Notes: a model not told the origin generated them from the letters alone. Shown: positions 29,512 to 39,551, counted from the first letter of the stretch. The stretch: DNA of 64,000 nt from an uncultured archaeon (GCA_963787445.1 CAWBCT010000005.1:320001-384000), one strand, 5' to 3'. A program made the numbers and translations.

Positions 29512-29982
29512 TCACACCGTTGATCCCTTGCCCTTCAGCACGGTCACGACCTCTCCAAGCTTGGTCGCTGTGCTCTTGTAGAAGCTCTCGAACAGGCCGA
29601 GGCTCCAGGAGTAGGGGTCGTACCGGTCGCCCACTGCGGGCGGCTTGAAGTAGAACTTGCTCTGGCTGTTCTCCACGAAGCCCATGTTCTTCAGGCGGAG
29701 CAGGTGGTATCTCAGGGTCTTCTCGTTGATCTGCTCCCAGTTCGTGTTTATGTATTCGGTCAACTCCTTCACGTTTGGGTCCTGCCTCTTCGAGAACTGG
29801 AAGTATACGAGCGCGTCGAGCACCGCCACTGCGCTGAGGCGCGACTCGCCCGGGTTTATCACTCCGAGGGAGAGCGCAAGCCACCTTGCGGCAGCCCGCC
29901 TTGTGTCAAGGACCTCCTTGCTTATGCGGAGGTCGCGGATGGTGAGCTCCCGCTCGATGAGTTCGGCTTCGTTGAGTTCCAA
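29512..29982 (-). CDS. Winged-helix putative transcriptional regulator
   Basis: RWLALSLGVINPGESR, NEKTLRYHLLRLKNMGFVE; TTG start. Confidence 0.75.
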   Translation of the reverse strand: MELNEAELIERELTIRDLRISKEVLDTRRAAARWLALSLGVINPGESRLSAVAVLDALVYFQFSKRQDPNVKELTEYINTNWEQINEKTLRYHLLRLKNMGFVENSQSKFYFKPPAVGDRYDPYSWSLGLFESFYKSTATKLGEVVTVLKGKGSTV

Positions 29983-30025
29983 AGAATCACTACTATTGCC
30001 CAGAGGTTAAATTTAAACCTTTCCA

Positions 30026-31507
30026 CTAGATATTCAGGGCCCAGGGCAGCCAGGGGAGCGCCAGTATGAAGAGCAGGAGGAGTATGATCAGGCCTGCGGC
30101 GTGGAGCTTCCTCCTGTCGGCTATTAAATTCTTGTAGATCTGCCACCCGTCGAAGCTCGGGAGGGGCAGCAGATTTATGATTGCGACTATCAGGTTGAGC
30201 GCGAAGGCGAGCACGAAGAACTGGTACAGGAACTCCAGGAAGCTGTTCGAGTAGCTGATTTTTGAGGTGACGTTCTCCTCGTCAAGGTTCACGCCTATCT
30301 TTCCGGTGGCATTCGCGATTACGGTGTAGTTTCCGGTGGAGGTGGAGAGCGTGACGGAGGTGTTTGGAGCGTCCTGGACCGCGACCTGCTCAAGTGCGGT
30401 CAGGTTGCTGATTGGATACCCGTTCCAGGAAAGCAGGAAGGCGGGGGTGGCGACCACGTTCGCGGCCGGAGAGCCCGGCACTGTGGAGTATATCACAACG
30501 TGCGTCTGGTAGAGGCCTGGGACGACAAAGGTCAGCATCAGGAATGTGAGCGCGAAGAAGACGAAGGTGAGCAGGAAGTTTGCGGAGACGCCCGCAACGA
30601 GTATCTTGTTCTGCTTTTCGGGGCTCAGCTTCCTCATCTTCTTCTCGTCGGGCTCCACGAAGGCTCCTACGGGGATTATGCCGAACATCACAAGCCCCAC
30701 CTTCTTCACCTTGGTCTTGTACATGGTGGCGGCGATCCCGTGGGAGAACTCGTGTGCCACAAGGATGACGGCAAGCGCGAGCAGGCCTGCCAGGAGCGGG
30801 ATCGTCAGCCCGGGTATCACCGGCTCCAGCCCGGGAACCTGGGTGCTAAGCGCCCCGATGACGGCGTTGCTGGTCATGCCGGCGGGCGCCGTTGCAACGA
30901 CAGAGAGCAGCCCAGCCACCAGGCTGCCAGCCCCCACAAAGAGAAGGGCTACCATAAAGAAGCTGAAGCCTCCAACCAGGGTTACCCCATAGAGTAGATA
31001 GCCGACCGGTGAGATCTGGAAGGGCGAAGGCTGGGCTCCGGCAAATGCTGAGATGTTGGGTGCCTTTATGAACTGCAGGACCAGCACGGTGTAGGGGTAG
31101 ATCACAAACAGGAGAATCAAGATTAGCACGATGCCGAGGACGAAAACGCGGGGGCGTATCTGCTTCCTGAAGATGAACCAGGAAAGTAGGCCGAAGCTCA
31201 TCACCAGCCCGAGCTCGGTGATTGTCTTCCACAGCCCGGAGTGGTTCCTTGCGATGCTCTCGATGGTCGAGATTCCGGTCCTTCCGCCGAAGACGTACAG
31301 GCCGATTGCGCCGGGCAGGCCGTTCAGCTTCTGTATGATGAGCCCGGAGCAGAAAAGCGCAACGAATGCGATCACTATGCTTGCGGGAAGGCCGAGGAGC
31401 GCGGAGTTGTAATAAAGAAGTATCAGGAGCAGGAGCACGGCTAGGGCAAAAACTGCTGAAATTGCCCCGGCGTTCTTTACGACTCTCTGGGACTTCCGCT
31501 TCGCCAT
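30026..31507 (-). CDS. Site-2 protease family (M50) membrane metalloprotease
   Basis: HEFSH, GAFVEPD, AGVSAN, NLLPLPSFDG, PDZ-like insert, multiple TMs. Confidence 0.92.
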   Translation of the reverse strand: MAKRKSQRVVKNAGAISAVFALAVLLLLILLYYNSALLGLPASIVIAFVALFCSGLIIQKLNGLPGAIGLYVFGGRTGISTIESIARNHSGLWKTITELGLVMSFGLLSWFIFRKQIRPRVFVLGIVLILILLFVIYPYTVLVLQFIKAPNISAFAGAQPSPFQISPVGYLLYGVTLVGGFSFFMVALLFVGAGSLVAGLLSVVATAPAGMTSNAVIGALSTQVPGLEPVIPGLTIPLLAGLLALAVILVAHEFSHGIAATMYKTKVKKVGLVMFGIIPVGAFVEPDEKKMRKLSPEKQNKILVAGVSANFLLTFVFFALTFLMLTFVVPGLYQTHVVIYSTVPGSPAANVVATPAFLLSWNGYPISNLTALEQVAVQDAPNTSVTLSTSTGNYTVIANATGKIGVNLDEENVTSKISYSNSFLEFLYQFFVLAFALNLIVAIINLLPLPSFDGWQIYKNLIADRRKLHAAGLIILLLLFILALPWLPWALNI

Positions 31508-31571
31508 ACGAGTATCTTAGCTACAAATGTATTTATTAGTTAATACTCCAATGCTTCTGTTAGGTGTGGAA

Positions 31572-32024
31572 ATGTACGACTGCGAGATTTGCGGCAAGAA
31601 GACCCCAACGCTGTACGTGATAGACGTGGAAGGCGCGGAGATGACGACCTGCGCGAGCTGCGCTGCCGGAAAGAACATCGAGGACACGATCGAGGCTGCG
31701 GATGTCAACAAGAAACCAGTCCATAGGACAGCCGCGCAGGAAGAGCCACAGGAGGAGATGGTGGAGGACTTCGGAGGCACCATAAGGAAGGCGAGGGAGT
31801 CGATGGGCATAGCCCTCAACGTGCTTGCGGAGATGATAAACGAGAAGGAGAGCACGTTGAACAGGGTGGAGCAGGGGAAGATGCAGCCGACAGTCGCGCT
31901 GACCAAGAAGCTGGAGAAGCAGCTCGGCATAAAACTTACAACAATTGCAGAGGGTTCCGGCGGCAAGGAGAAGGCAGGCAAGGATGCGCCGATAACGCTG
32001 GGCGACGCTGCGTTCAAGAAATAG
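31572..32024 (+). CDS. Multiprotein bridging factor aMBF1
   Basis: CEICG...CASC Zn ribbon, Cro-type HTH, TLGD tail. Confidence 0.9.
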   Translation: MYDCEICGKKTPTLYVIDVEGAEMTTCASCAAGKNIEDTIEAADVNKKPVHRTAAQEEPQEEMVEDFGGTIRKARESMGIALNVLAEMINEKESTLNRVEQGKMQPTVALTKKLEKQLGIKLTTIAEGSGGKEKAGKDAPITLGDAAFKK

Positions 32025-32033
32025 GCGCTGGGA

Positions 32034-33095
32034 ATGGCAGTTGATCTGGGCTCCCTGGTTTCTGAAGTCAAGGAGCAGGTGGAGCTGGAGGAGCTCTCCG
32101 GCAAGATCATAGCCATAGACGCCTATAATGCAATCTACCAATTTCTCTCGATAATAAGGGGGCCTGACGGAACGCCGCTCACGGATTCAAAGGGGAGAGT
32201 CACAAGCCATCTCTCCGGTCTCTTTTACAGAACGGTAAACCTGCTCGAAAAGAGGATAATTCCTGTTTATGTCTTTGACGGGGTGCCTCCGGCACTCAAA
32301 CAGAGAACCATAGAGGCTAGGATGAGCAGGCGCAAGGAGGCTAAGAAGGCCTGGGAGGAGGCGGTGGCGAAGGGGATGATGGAAGAGGCGCGCACGCATG
32401 CCATGGCGAGCACGAGGATAAACAGGGAGATTGTGGCGAGCGGGAAGGAGCTTCTGGGATACATGGGTGTTCCGTTCCTCCAGGCTCCAAGCGAGGGGGA
32501 GGGACAGGCGGCGCAAATGACAAGAGACGGATTGGTTTATGCGGTTGGCAGCCAGGATTATGACTCATTTCTATTTGGTGCAAAGGTTATCATAAGAAAT
32601 CTGACGTTGTCTGGCAGGCGAAAGCTTCCGGGAAGGAATGTCTACGTCAACGTGAACATAGAGCGCTCGACAACGGATGCATTGCTTAAGAAATTCGGGG
32701 TAAGCCAGCGCATGTTCATCATGATGGGGGCGTTGATAGGCACGGATTTTAACACAGGGGTGGAGAAGGTTGGGCCAAAGACTGCACTTAAGATAGTAAA
32801 AGAGCACAAAACAGAGAAGAAGGTCGCCGCATACGTTAAGGAGAAGTACGGGGTTGACATAGAGACTGAGCTTTCTGACGTTCTGAACCTGTTTGAGAAG
32901 CCAGAAGTTGAGCACATGACCGAGGAGAAGTTCCAGGCGCTGCGCAAGGGCTTCAAGCCCGACCGGGAGAAGCTGATGAAGTTCATGTGCGAGGAGCATC
33001 AGTTCTCGCCGGACAGGATAGAAAAGTATGCCGACAAGATCTTCGAGATTGGCAGGGAGCACAATCAGAAAGGCATAAATAAATGGTTAGAGTAA
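32034..33095 (+). CDS. fen: Flap endonuclease 1
   Basis: IDAYNAIYQFLSIIR, SHLSGLFYR, APSEGEGQAA, SQDYDS, GTDFN, PIP-like QKGINKW. Confidence 0.97.
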   Translation: MAVDLGSLVSEVKEQVELEELSGKIIAIDAYNAIYQFLSIIRGPDGTPLTDSKGRVTSHLSGLFYRTVNLLEKRIIPVYVFDGVPPALKQRTIEARMSRRKEAKKAWEEAVAKGMMEEARTHAMASTRINREIVASGKELLGYMGVPFLQAPSEGEGQAAQMTRDGLVYAVGSQDYDSFLFGAKVIIRNLTLSGRRKLPGRNVYVNVNIERSTTDALLKKFGVSQRMFIMMGALIGTDFNTGVEKVGPKTALKIVKEHKTEKKVAAYVKEKYGVDIETELSDVLNLFEKPEVEHMTEEKFQALRKGFKPDREKLMKFMCEEHQFSPDRIEKYADKIFEIGREHNQKGINKWLE

Positions 33096-33108
33096 GGGTA
33101 CTGATTAT

Positions 33109-33231
33109 ATGGTACAGAAAAGCGTAAAGGGCAAAAAGACAAAGAGGATCGGGAAGACCTACAGGAATGTGAGGGCCAAGTCCAGACTTAAGAAAGTAGC
33201 AAGGATACGCATGAAGCGTATGCAGAGATAA
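33109..33231 (+). CDS. 40-aa highly basic protein
   Basis: MVQKSVKGKKTKRIGKTYRNVRAKSRLKKVARIRMKRMQR; ATG 13 nt after the fen stop, fills the gap. Confidence 0.6.
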   Translation: MVQKSVKGKKTKRIGKTYRNVRAKSRLKKVARIRMKRMQR

Positions 33232-33243
33232 TCTTTTCCTTCT

Positions 33244-33852
33244 TCAGCGACCTTTCAGAAGGTAGTAGAGCATCCTCTTGGTTGCTATGTGCTCAAGCAT
33301 CTCCACGCGGCCCAGGGCTTCATGCACGGTTGAACCGACAGCCAGGGTCCCGTGTCCCTCCATTATCACAGTGGTGGCATTGCCCCTGGCGATTCTGGTC
33401 GCTATGGAGCTTGCGAATGCCGCACTTGTCGAAGGGAGCTTCTGTACTGTGGCAACGTTTCCAAGATAAAGGGCGGCCTCCTCATCTATCTGCAGATTGA
33501 GTGCGGTCTTTCCTCTTGCCGCTATCAAAGAGAGCGAAACCTCGGGATGCGCCTGGACAACCGCGTTGACCTTGGTTGCAAGCCTGTAGATGTGGGCGTG
33601 GGCGACGTATTCGGGCGAGGGCTTGGGTCCTGAGACGTGCTTGTCCCCCAGCAGCTCGATGACTGCGAGGTCGCGTTCCAGGAGCGCACCCATGTCCACG
33701 TTTGCCGGGGTGATGAGTATCCTGTGGGCGTCTATCCTGGCGCTTATGGTTCCCGTGTTGCTCGTGTTGAGGCCCCTTTCGTACAGTCTTTTCGAGGCGT
33801 TTATTATCTGCGCGCTCAGCGATCTTATCGATTCGTTATTTTCCATGTTCAT
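33244..33852 (-). CDS. Class II aldolase/adducin family protein
   Basis: GTISAR, ILITP, PSPE..AH..IY, VVQAHP, GHG. Confidence 0.85.
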   Translation of the reverse strand: MNMENNESIRSLSAQIINASKRLYERGLNTSNTGTISARIDAHRILITPANVDMGALLERDLAVIELLGDKHVSGPKPSPEYVAHAHIYRLATKVNAVVQAHPEVSLSLIAARGKTALNLQIDEEAALYLGNVATVQKLPSTSAAFASSIATRIARGNATTVIMEGHGTLAVGSTVHEALGRVEMLEHIATKRMLYYLLKGR

Positions 33853-34017
33853 ACCTTATTTTGTTTCAAAACAGTTGAATTACTGAGTGATTATACTGCT
33901 AAATATAAAATATCACAGGTGGGCTTGGACTCGATTAATAATAAATAGGGCTATGTCGCAATATATCACGGCTAGAAAGGCGAATGGCCGCACACAGCTA
34001 CGCCTATTTGTGATGAG

Positions 34018-34521
34018 ATGGAACGGATACTCATACCCCAACGACGGGTTCTCGCGCTCAAGAAGATCCTCCCGAAAGTGCAGGGGGACCTGGGCTGCTC
34101 CATAGAGATAGAAGAGGGGAACGAGCTGGTCATAGACGGCGAGGCCTATGCGGAGTACAACGCGAAGAACGTGCTCCAGGCCTTCGGAAGGGGGTTCACG
34201 ATAACCCAGTCCTACAAGCTGCTGAACGATGAGTACTTCTTCAAGTACATAAACCTGAAGGACATCCTGAAGAACGAGGACCAGATAAGGCGGATAAAGG
34301 CGAGGATCATCGGGCGCGCGGGCAAGACCAAGATCTACATGGAGTCTGTAAGCGGAGCGGTTCTGTCGATATACGGGCACACCGTAGGGATGATAGGCAC
34401 GAACGAGGAGATGGCCATCGCGACGGCAGCAATCCAGATACTGGTCGAAGGGGGGACGCACAAGAGGGCTTATAGAATTATGGAGGGGATTAGAAGGAAA
34501 TACAGGCAGGGTGCGATGTGA
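34018..34521 (+). CDS. KH-domain rRNA-processing protein (Dim2/Pno1 family)
   Basis: AFGRGF, RIKARIIGRAGKTK, IYGHTVGMIG, GGTHKRAY. Confidence 0.92.
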   Translation: MERILIPQRRVLALKKILPKVQGDLGCSIEIEEGNELVIDGEAYAEYNAKNVLQAFGRGFTITQSYKLLNDEYFFKYINLKDILKNEDQIRRIKARIIGRAGKTKIYMESVSGAVLSIYGHTVGMIGTNEEMAIATAAIQILVEGGTHKRAYRIMEGIRRKYRQGAM

Positions 34522-36185
34522 TGGCGATCAAGACAAGCGCGGACGACATCTTCAAGGAGTTCAAGGAGCACTCCATATCGGAATTCTTCAGGAAAAACAG
34601 CCAGATGCTCGGCTATTCGGGGAAGGTGCGCTCGCTCACCACGATAGTGCACGAGTACGTGACCAACTCGCTGGACGCCTGCGAAGAGGCCGGGATACTG
34701 CCCGACATAAAGGTCGTGATCAAGGAGCTCGGGGAGGACAAGTACAGGATAACGGTGAAGGACAACGGTCCCGGTATGCCGAGCAAGCATGTTGGAAAGG
34801 CGCTGGCGACGGTTCTTGCGGGAACAAAGTTCCACAGGTATTTGCAACAGAGGGGCCAGCAGGGCATCGGAGCAGCAGGCTGCACGCTCTACTCCAAGAT
34901 AACGACAGGGAAACCCATCCTGGTCAAGGCGAGAACGAGCAAGGAGGCCTACTCATGCGAGGTGTCGATTGACATCAAGTCGAACAAGCCGGTCATAACC
35001 AACATGGTGAAGCTCCCTGAACAAGGCACAGGCACGGAGGTAACCGGCGAGTTCGGCGAGCTAAAGTACGAGAACAGCGACCACGGGGTTTACGAGTACA
35101 TAAAGCGCACCGCGCTGTCCAATCCTCACACAACCTTGATACTCGTCGAGCCGACCGGCAAAGAGGTAACGTTCATACGCTCGAGCAAGGAGATGCCGAA
35201 GCGGCCCAAGGAGATACTGCCGCATCCTCTCGGGGTCGACACGAACGACTTCCTTGAGTTTGCACACAGGTCTACAAATAGGAAACTCACGGGATTCCTG
35301 ACCGAGGCTTTCTCAAGGGTCACTCCGGGCAAGGTGGCGGAGCTAAAGGAGATTGCAAAGGATGTGGATTGGGAGGCTGATCCGAATAAGATACAGTGGG
35401 CTGACGCGGAGAAGATAGTAAAGGCGTTCAAGCAGGTGAAGTGGATGGCTCCGGAGCTGGACTCGCTTTCCATGATAGGAGAGAAGCAGATAGAAGTTAC
35501 GATAAAGAATATCCTGAACCCCCAGTTCTCCAGTGTTGTCGAGAGGAAACCAAAGGTCTTTAGGGGAGGTATACCTTTCCTGGTCGAGGCGGGGATAGCC
35601 TACGGAGGCGATGCTGGCAAGGTGACCGGCGAGACCATGGAGAACGAGGAGGGGGACGCCGAGGCGTTGTCCGAAGGCAACATACTGCGTTTTGCAAACA
35701 AGGTTCCATTGCTGTTCGACGGCTCAAACTGCGCAATAACGGAGGCGGTCAAGAGCATAGATTGGAAGAGATACTCAATAGCGAAGTTCGACCAGGAGCC
35801 GGTCAGCGTGTTCGTCAACGTTTCAAGCGTCTACGTCCCATACTCGGGCGTAGGAAAGCAGGCGGTCGCGAAAGAGGACGACATAATAGAGGAGATACGC
35901 CTTGCGGTGATGGACTGCGGAAGGCTTCTGCAACGGTATCTCAGCGGTGTAAGGAACACAAAACTTCAGGAGACCAGGTACAAGACGATCATGCGCTACG
36001 TCTCGCAGCTCTCCAAAGACCTCAGCGAGATAACCGGCACGGACAGCAAGAAGATTGAAAGCGGGCTTAAGTCGACGATAGAGAAGAAGTACAGCAAGCT
36101 CTTCAATCCGGATGCGGCTGAAGACTCTGAAGAGGAGAGTGCCAGGGCTTCTTCTAAAGAGGAAGAAGAGCCCATAGAAGAGTGA
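34518..36185 (+). CDS. top6B: DNA topoisomerase VI subunit B
   Basis: SISEFFRKN, HEYVTNSLDACEE, DNGPG, RGQQGIG, RFANKVPLL. Confidence 0.96.
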   Translation: MMAIKTSADDIFKEFKEHSISEFFRKNSQMLGYSGKVRSLTTIVHEYVTNSLDACEEAGILPDIKVVIKELGEDKYRITVKDNGPGMPSKHVGKALATVLAGTKFHRYLQQRGQQGIGAAGCTLYSKITTGKPILVKARTSKEAYSCEVSIDIKSNKPVITNMVKLPEQGTGTEVTGEFGELKYENSDHGVYEYIKRTALSNPHTTLILVEPTGKEVTFIRSSKEMPKRPKEILPHPLGVDTNDFLEFAHRSTNRKLTGFLTEAFSRVTPGKVAELKEIAKDVDWEADPNKIQWADAEKIVKAFKQVKWMAPELDSLSMIGEKQIEVTIKNILNPQFSSVVERKPKVFRGGIPFLVEAGIAYGGDAGKVTGETMENEEGDAEALSEGNILRFANKVPLLFDGSNCAITEAVKSIDWKRYSIAKFDQEPVSVFVNVSSVYVPYSGVGKQAVAKEDDIIEEIRLAVMDCGRLLQRYLSGVRNTKLQETRYKTIMRYVSQLSKDLSEITGTDSKKIESGLKSTIEKKYSKLFNPDAAEDSEEESARASSKEEEEPIEE

Positions 36186-36190
36186 CAGGA

Positions 36191-38575
36191 TCAGTAAAGA
36201 AGTTCGTCAAGATGGTCCACGTCTATTATCTCCAGGTTGTTTGACTCTATGGCAAGCCTCAGGGCCGAGGATTTCTTGCCGTAGGTGTTGTACAGCTTCT
36301 CCTGGAGCTCCTGCCGCACCTCCCCATTTATCATCACGAAGAACGTCTTCGTGCCCTTGTGCAGAGGCGCCGTCCTCATCCCCGATAGGGTAGAGTAGAT
36401 GAATATGGGGGTCTGCTTGTTTTTGACCGTGATGACCGTGTCCGCTTCTGTGCTGACGTCCAGGTCTGTGAAGAAGATGGCGTGCTCCACGAAGAAGTCG
36501 CGCAGCTTGCGGAAGATTATGAGATATTCTATATCGTGCTTTGCGGTATCAAGCCACGTCTTTGGAATGTAGTACTCGTCTGAATAGATGAGCTTGCCCT
36601 GGGCGGCAAGCTTGTAGAGCACCTCATTGGTGTTCTGCAGGGTTATTGAAACAGGTGTGTTGCCGAACCTTATGTTTGTGTTCACCCCGTTCTTCACCTC
36701 TTCGGAGGTGAGCGGCATGTATCTCCAGTGGAAATGTAAGTTTATCGTGTCGAAAAGGTTGACAATCGTGTCGCCGCTTAGCGTTACCTCCTGCTTCTTT
36801 GTCGGCGGCAGAGAGGATACGTCTATGTAGTACTCATCGATGTTCGGCGCGCGGAGTATGAAATTGAGGAGTATTATGACAAGTGCGGCCGCGCCGAACT
36901 CTATGTACAGAGAGGGTATGCTGGCGGGCTGGGCGTAGTACTCGGTTATCGGGTAGATGTTGTTCCCTAGGCTGATACTGAGCAGCTGGTAGCCGTAGTT
37001 TATGATCGCCCCCTTCGGCAAAATATAATTTAGCTCCCCGTTCTGGAGGGTGCCGGACTCGTTGTAGGCCCCGTTCAGGGAGATCTGGTATCCGAGGCCG
37101 GAGACGGACTGGCCGTTGCTGACAACAGCGAATGAAAAGTTGCCGGTCTTGAAATTGGCGTAGGTGGGTGTAACATTAAGATAGGGGACGTAGAAGAGCG
37201 CCTGGCTGTACGCCTTGTCATTTATGTCGACGAGCCGTGCGAGATAATAGCTCCCGACCCTTATGTTTCCGAAAGAGTAGTAGTAGATTATGGGAAGGGA
37301 GGTGTTGAAGAAGCCGATGGAGTTCGAGTTTACGAAGTTCATCCCCCTGTCGTAGAGGGCTATGCTGAATGCAAGGCGGCTCGAGGGCCTGTTGATTTTT
37401 GTCTGTATCTGGATCAGATTGCCGTACCCTATCACAGATGGCATCGCAAGCGTGCCGCTCTGGTTGAAGCTGAGTGAAAGCGGGAGCTCCACGTTTAGTT
37501 TGTAGTTCTTGTTTGAGAAGCGCGCATGCACCAGCGAGTAGGAGTTGTTTATGAGTGCGGAGCGGGTGTAGTTGAGCGTGCTGTTGGTCGTGTACAGGTT
37601 CAATCTTGTGGAAACGGGTGTGGTGTTTGCTATGCTGAAGTTGTAGAAGCCGTTGGCCAGGAGATTGATCCAGAAGCGGGACTGGATTGCCTTCGTAAGG
37701 TCGCTAGCCTCCAGGCTTGTATTCTTCCAGATCGCCGTGGGCGAGTTGCTGAATGCGATGAGTGTTCCGTTTGTCACGTTGGCGTAGGCCACGGCGCCGT
37801 AGAGGTAACCGCCGCGGAAGGCGTAGGCGGGTGTGCTAAAGTTAAGCTGTGACTCGGTGAAGTTCGTGTGGGAGAAGGTCGCTATACCGTCTTTCGACAG
37901 GTTTGCAATTGTCGCTTGCGGGGTTATGTAGATCTGACCGTTCTGGTTCAACATCTTGCTGAAGTTTTGCCCAACGTATATTATGGCGTCTCCCCGGTTA
38001 AGGAGGTTGAGAATTGTTATGTTCGCCACACCAGGAGTCTGCACAACCCCAGTAAAAGGGAGAAGGCTGGCCGGCATGAGGCCTGTTGAGAGTATTATTA
38101 TCGAATTGCCTGGCGTGGTGCTAAGAGTGTACTGATCAACGCTCTGCAGGGTTGTTGCGTTTTGGATCAAACCGGCATTTTGAAGACTTGTGGCGAGCGA
38201 GGAGTACAGAGAGGGTTCGTCAAAGCAGGAGTTGCACGCGGCTCCGGTGTTTACAAGATATATGTGGGACAGGGGGTCCTTCTGGTATACGGACAGCGAG
38301 AGGTTTGCCTGGGTTGCGTTTGCAACAGCGTAGTTAAGGGTTGCGTAGGCTGCAAGCTTTGTAGCATAGTTGTAGGTGAGAACACCCTTGCCCGCAATGC
38401 TTGCGCTGAGGCTAACCGGCCCGACAACAGTAACCACAGGGGTTAACTTGGTGATGGTGCTGGTGATGTCGATGTAGAGGAAGGCGAGGAGCAGAACTAC
38501 GAGTACTGCCGCAATGATTCCAATTAGGATAAACTTGTTTTTCAGCAACTTCGGCAATTTCGGGCTCATGTACAA
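36191..38575 (-). CDS. Large hypothetical membrane protein (N-terminal TM, external domain, second TM, cytoplasmic C-terminal domain)
   Basis: 794 aa; TMs FILIGIIAAVLVVLLLAFLYI and IEFGAAALVIILLNFIL; sequons between them. Confidence 0.75.
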   Translation of the reverse strand: MYMSPKLPKLLKNKFILIGIIAAVLVVLLLAFLYIDITSTITKLTPVVTVVGPVSLSASIAGKGVLTYNYATKLAAYATLNYAVANATQANLSLSVYQKDPLSHIYLVNTGAACNSCFDEPSLYSSLATSLQNAGLIQNATTLQSVDQYTLSTTPGNSIIILSTGLMPASLLPFTGVVQTPGVANITILNLLNRGDAIIYVGQNFSKMLNQNGQIYITPQATIANLSKDGIATFSHTNFTESQLNFSTPAYAFRGGYLYGAVAYANVTNGTLIAFSNSPTAIWKNTSLEASDLTKAIQSRFWINLLANGFYNFSIANTTPVSTRLNLYTTNSTLNYTRSALINNSYSLVHARFSNKNYKLNVELPLSLSFNQSGTLAMPSVIGYGNLIQIQTKINRPSSRLAFSIALYDRGMNFVNSNSIGFFNTSLPIIYYYSFGNIRVGSYYLARLVDINDKAYSQALFYVPYLNVTPTYANFKTGNFSFAVVSNGQSVSGLGYQISLNGAYNESGTLQNGELNYILPKGAIINYGYQLLSISLGNNIYPITEYYAQPASIPSLYIEFGAAALVIILLNFILRAPNIDEYYIDVSSLPPTKKQEVTLSGDTIVNLFDTINLHFHWRYMPLTSEEVKNGVNTNIRFGNTPVSITLQNTNEVLYKLAAQGKLIYSDEYYIPKTWLDTAKHDIEYLIIFRKLRDFFVEHAIFFTDLDVSTEADTVITVKNKQTPIFIYSTLSGMRTAPLHKGTKTFFVMINGEVRQELQEKLYNTYGKKSSALRLAIESNNLEIIDVDHLDELLY

Positions 38576-38579
38576 ACCA

Positions 38580-38726
38580 TTAAATGCCCTGCTTCTTGAG
38601 GACGTACTTGTCGATCAGGGACTGCATCAGTTGAGAGACCCTATTGGTGTCCTTCTTCATGCTCTTCAGGACCCTATAGCTCTTGATGTATGAGAAGCGC
38701 TTGTTTACGGTTACCTCGTATTTCAT
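38580..38726 (-). CDS. 48-aa basic hypothetical protein
   Basis: MKYEVTVNKRFSYIKSYRVLKSMKKDTNRVSQLMQSLIDKYVLKKQGI; fills the gap between two co-oriented genes with 8 and 4 nt spacers. Confidence 0.7.
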   Translation of the reverse strand: MKYEVTVNKRFSYIKSYRVLKSMKKDTNRVSQLMQSLIDKYVLKKQGI

Positions 38727-38734
38727 GGGGATCC

Positions 38735-39469
38735 TCAGCTTTGGACCTCTAGATAGCCGGCCGAGACCATCTTATCAAGTATCTCCTCCACTCGCGGCGC
38801 AGTTATGCCGTAGTTCTTCGCGAAGATCTCGATGTCTATGGTGTTGTTGTGCACTTCGATCCACTCCTGAATTATCGACATGAGCGACTCATCCGAGTAC
38901 TTCTGCAGCTTCTCGAGCTCGGCGCTTAGGCTCTTGTTTTCGGTTGAGAGCTGCGCGGTTTGTATGGTCAGGTTCCTGTTTGATGACGAGAGTTCAAGGT
39001 TCAGCCTCTTCAGCGCACGGTACTCGTCGAGCATGGAGTCGTATTTGTTGAACAGGGTGCTGTAGCTCTGGGAGAGCCCCGTGATAAGCTTGTCAAGGGT
39101 GGAATCGGTGTACTGGAGAAGCTCGCCCTGGGAGAGTTCATAGTCCTCGGAAAGGTTCGAGAGCATGGAGGCGAGGTCGCGGAGTATTGAGGTGCGGCGA
39201 AGGCTCTCGCTCGTATCCTGGGGGACAGAGTAGACGATCTCTATGCCTTCCTTGGCTATCTTCATGATGTAGAAGAGGTAGGGCATCTTCCGGATGTTCC
39301 TGCTCTCCACGCGTGCGACGGTGAGGCCGTCGTCCTCAAGGCCTATGGAATAGAAAGGAATCTGAGAAAGTTTGGTCTTTATTGCGTCAAATGAGGTCAG
39401 AATCTTGCCAGGAAAGATAATCTTTTCCATTTTCGGGGCTGGAAGGCTTTCGTCTGGCACAGGACTCAC
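38735..39469 (-). CDS. Hypothetical protein with coiled coil and C-terminal winged-helix-like domain
   Basis: Heptad region YRALKRLNLEL...LEKLQ; IDIEIFAKNYGITAPRVEEILDKMVSAGYL. Confidence 0.7.
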   Translation of the reverse strand: MSPVPDESLPAPKMEKIIFPGKILTSFDAIKTKLSQIPFYSIGLEDDGLTVARVESRNIRKMPYLFYIMKIAKEGIEIVYSVPQDTSESLRRTSILRDLASMLSNLSEDYELSQGELLQYTDSTLDKLITGLSQSYSTLFNKYDSMLDEYRALKRLNLELSSSNRNLTIQTAQLSTENKSLSAELEKLQKYSDESLMSIIQEWIEVHNNTIDIEIFAKNYGITAPRVEEILDKMVSAGYLEVQS

Positions 39470-39551
39470 GATAACATAACAAATCTAATGTATTTATTGC
39501 TTGCGTTTGCCTTTAGGCATGATTTTGAGGTAGGATACGCCTTGAGAACCG

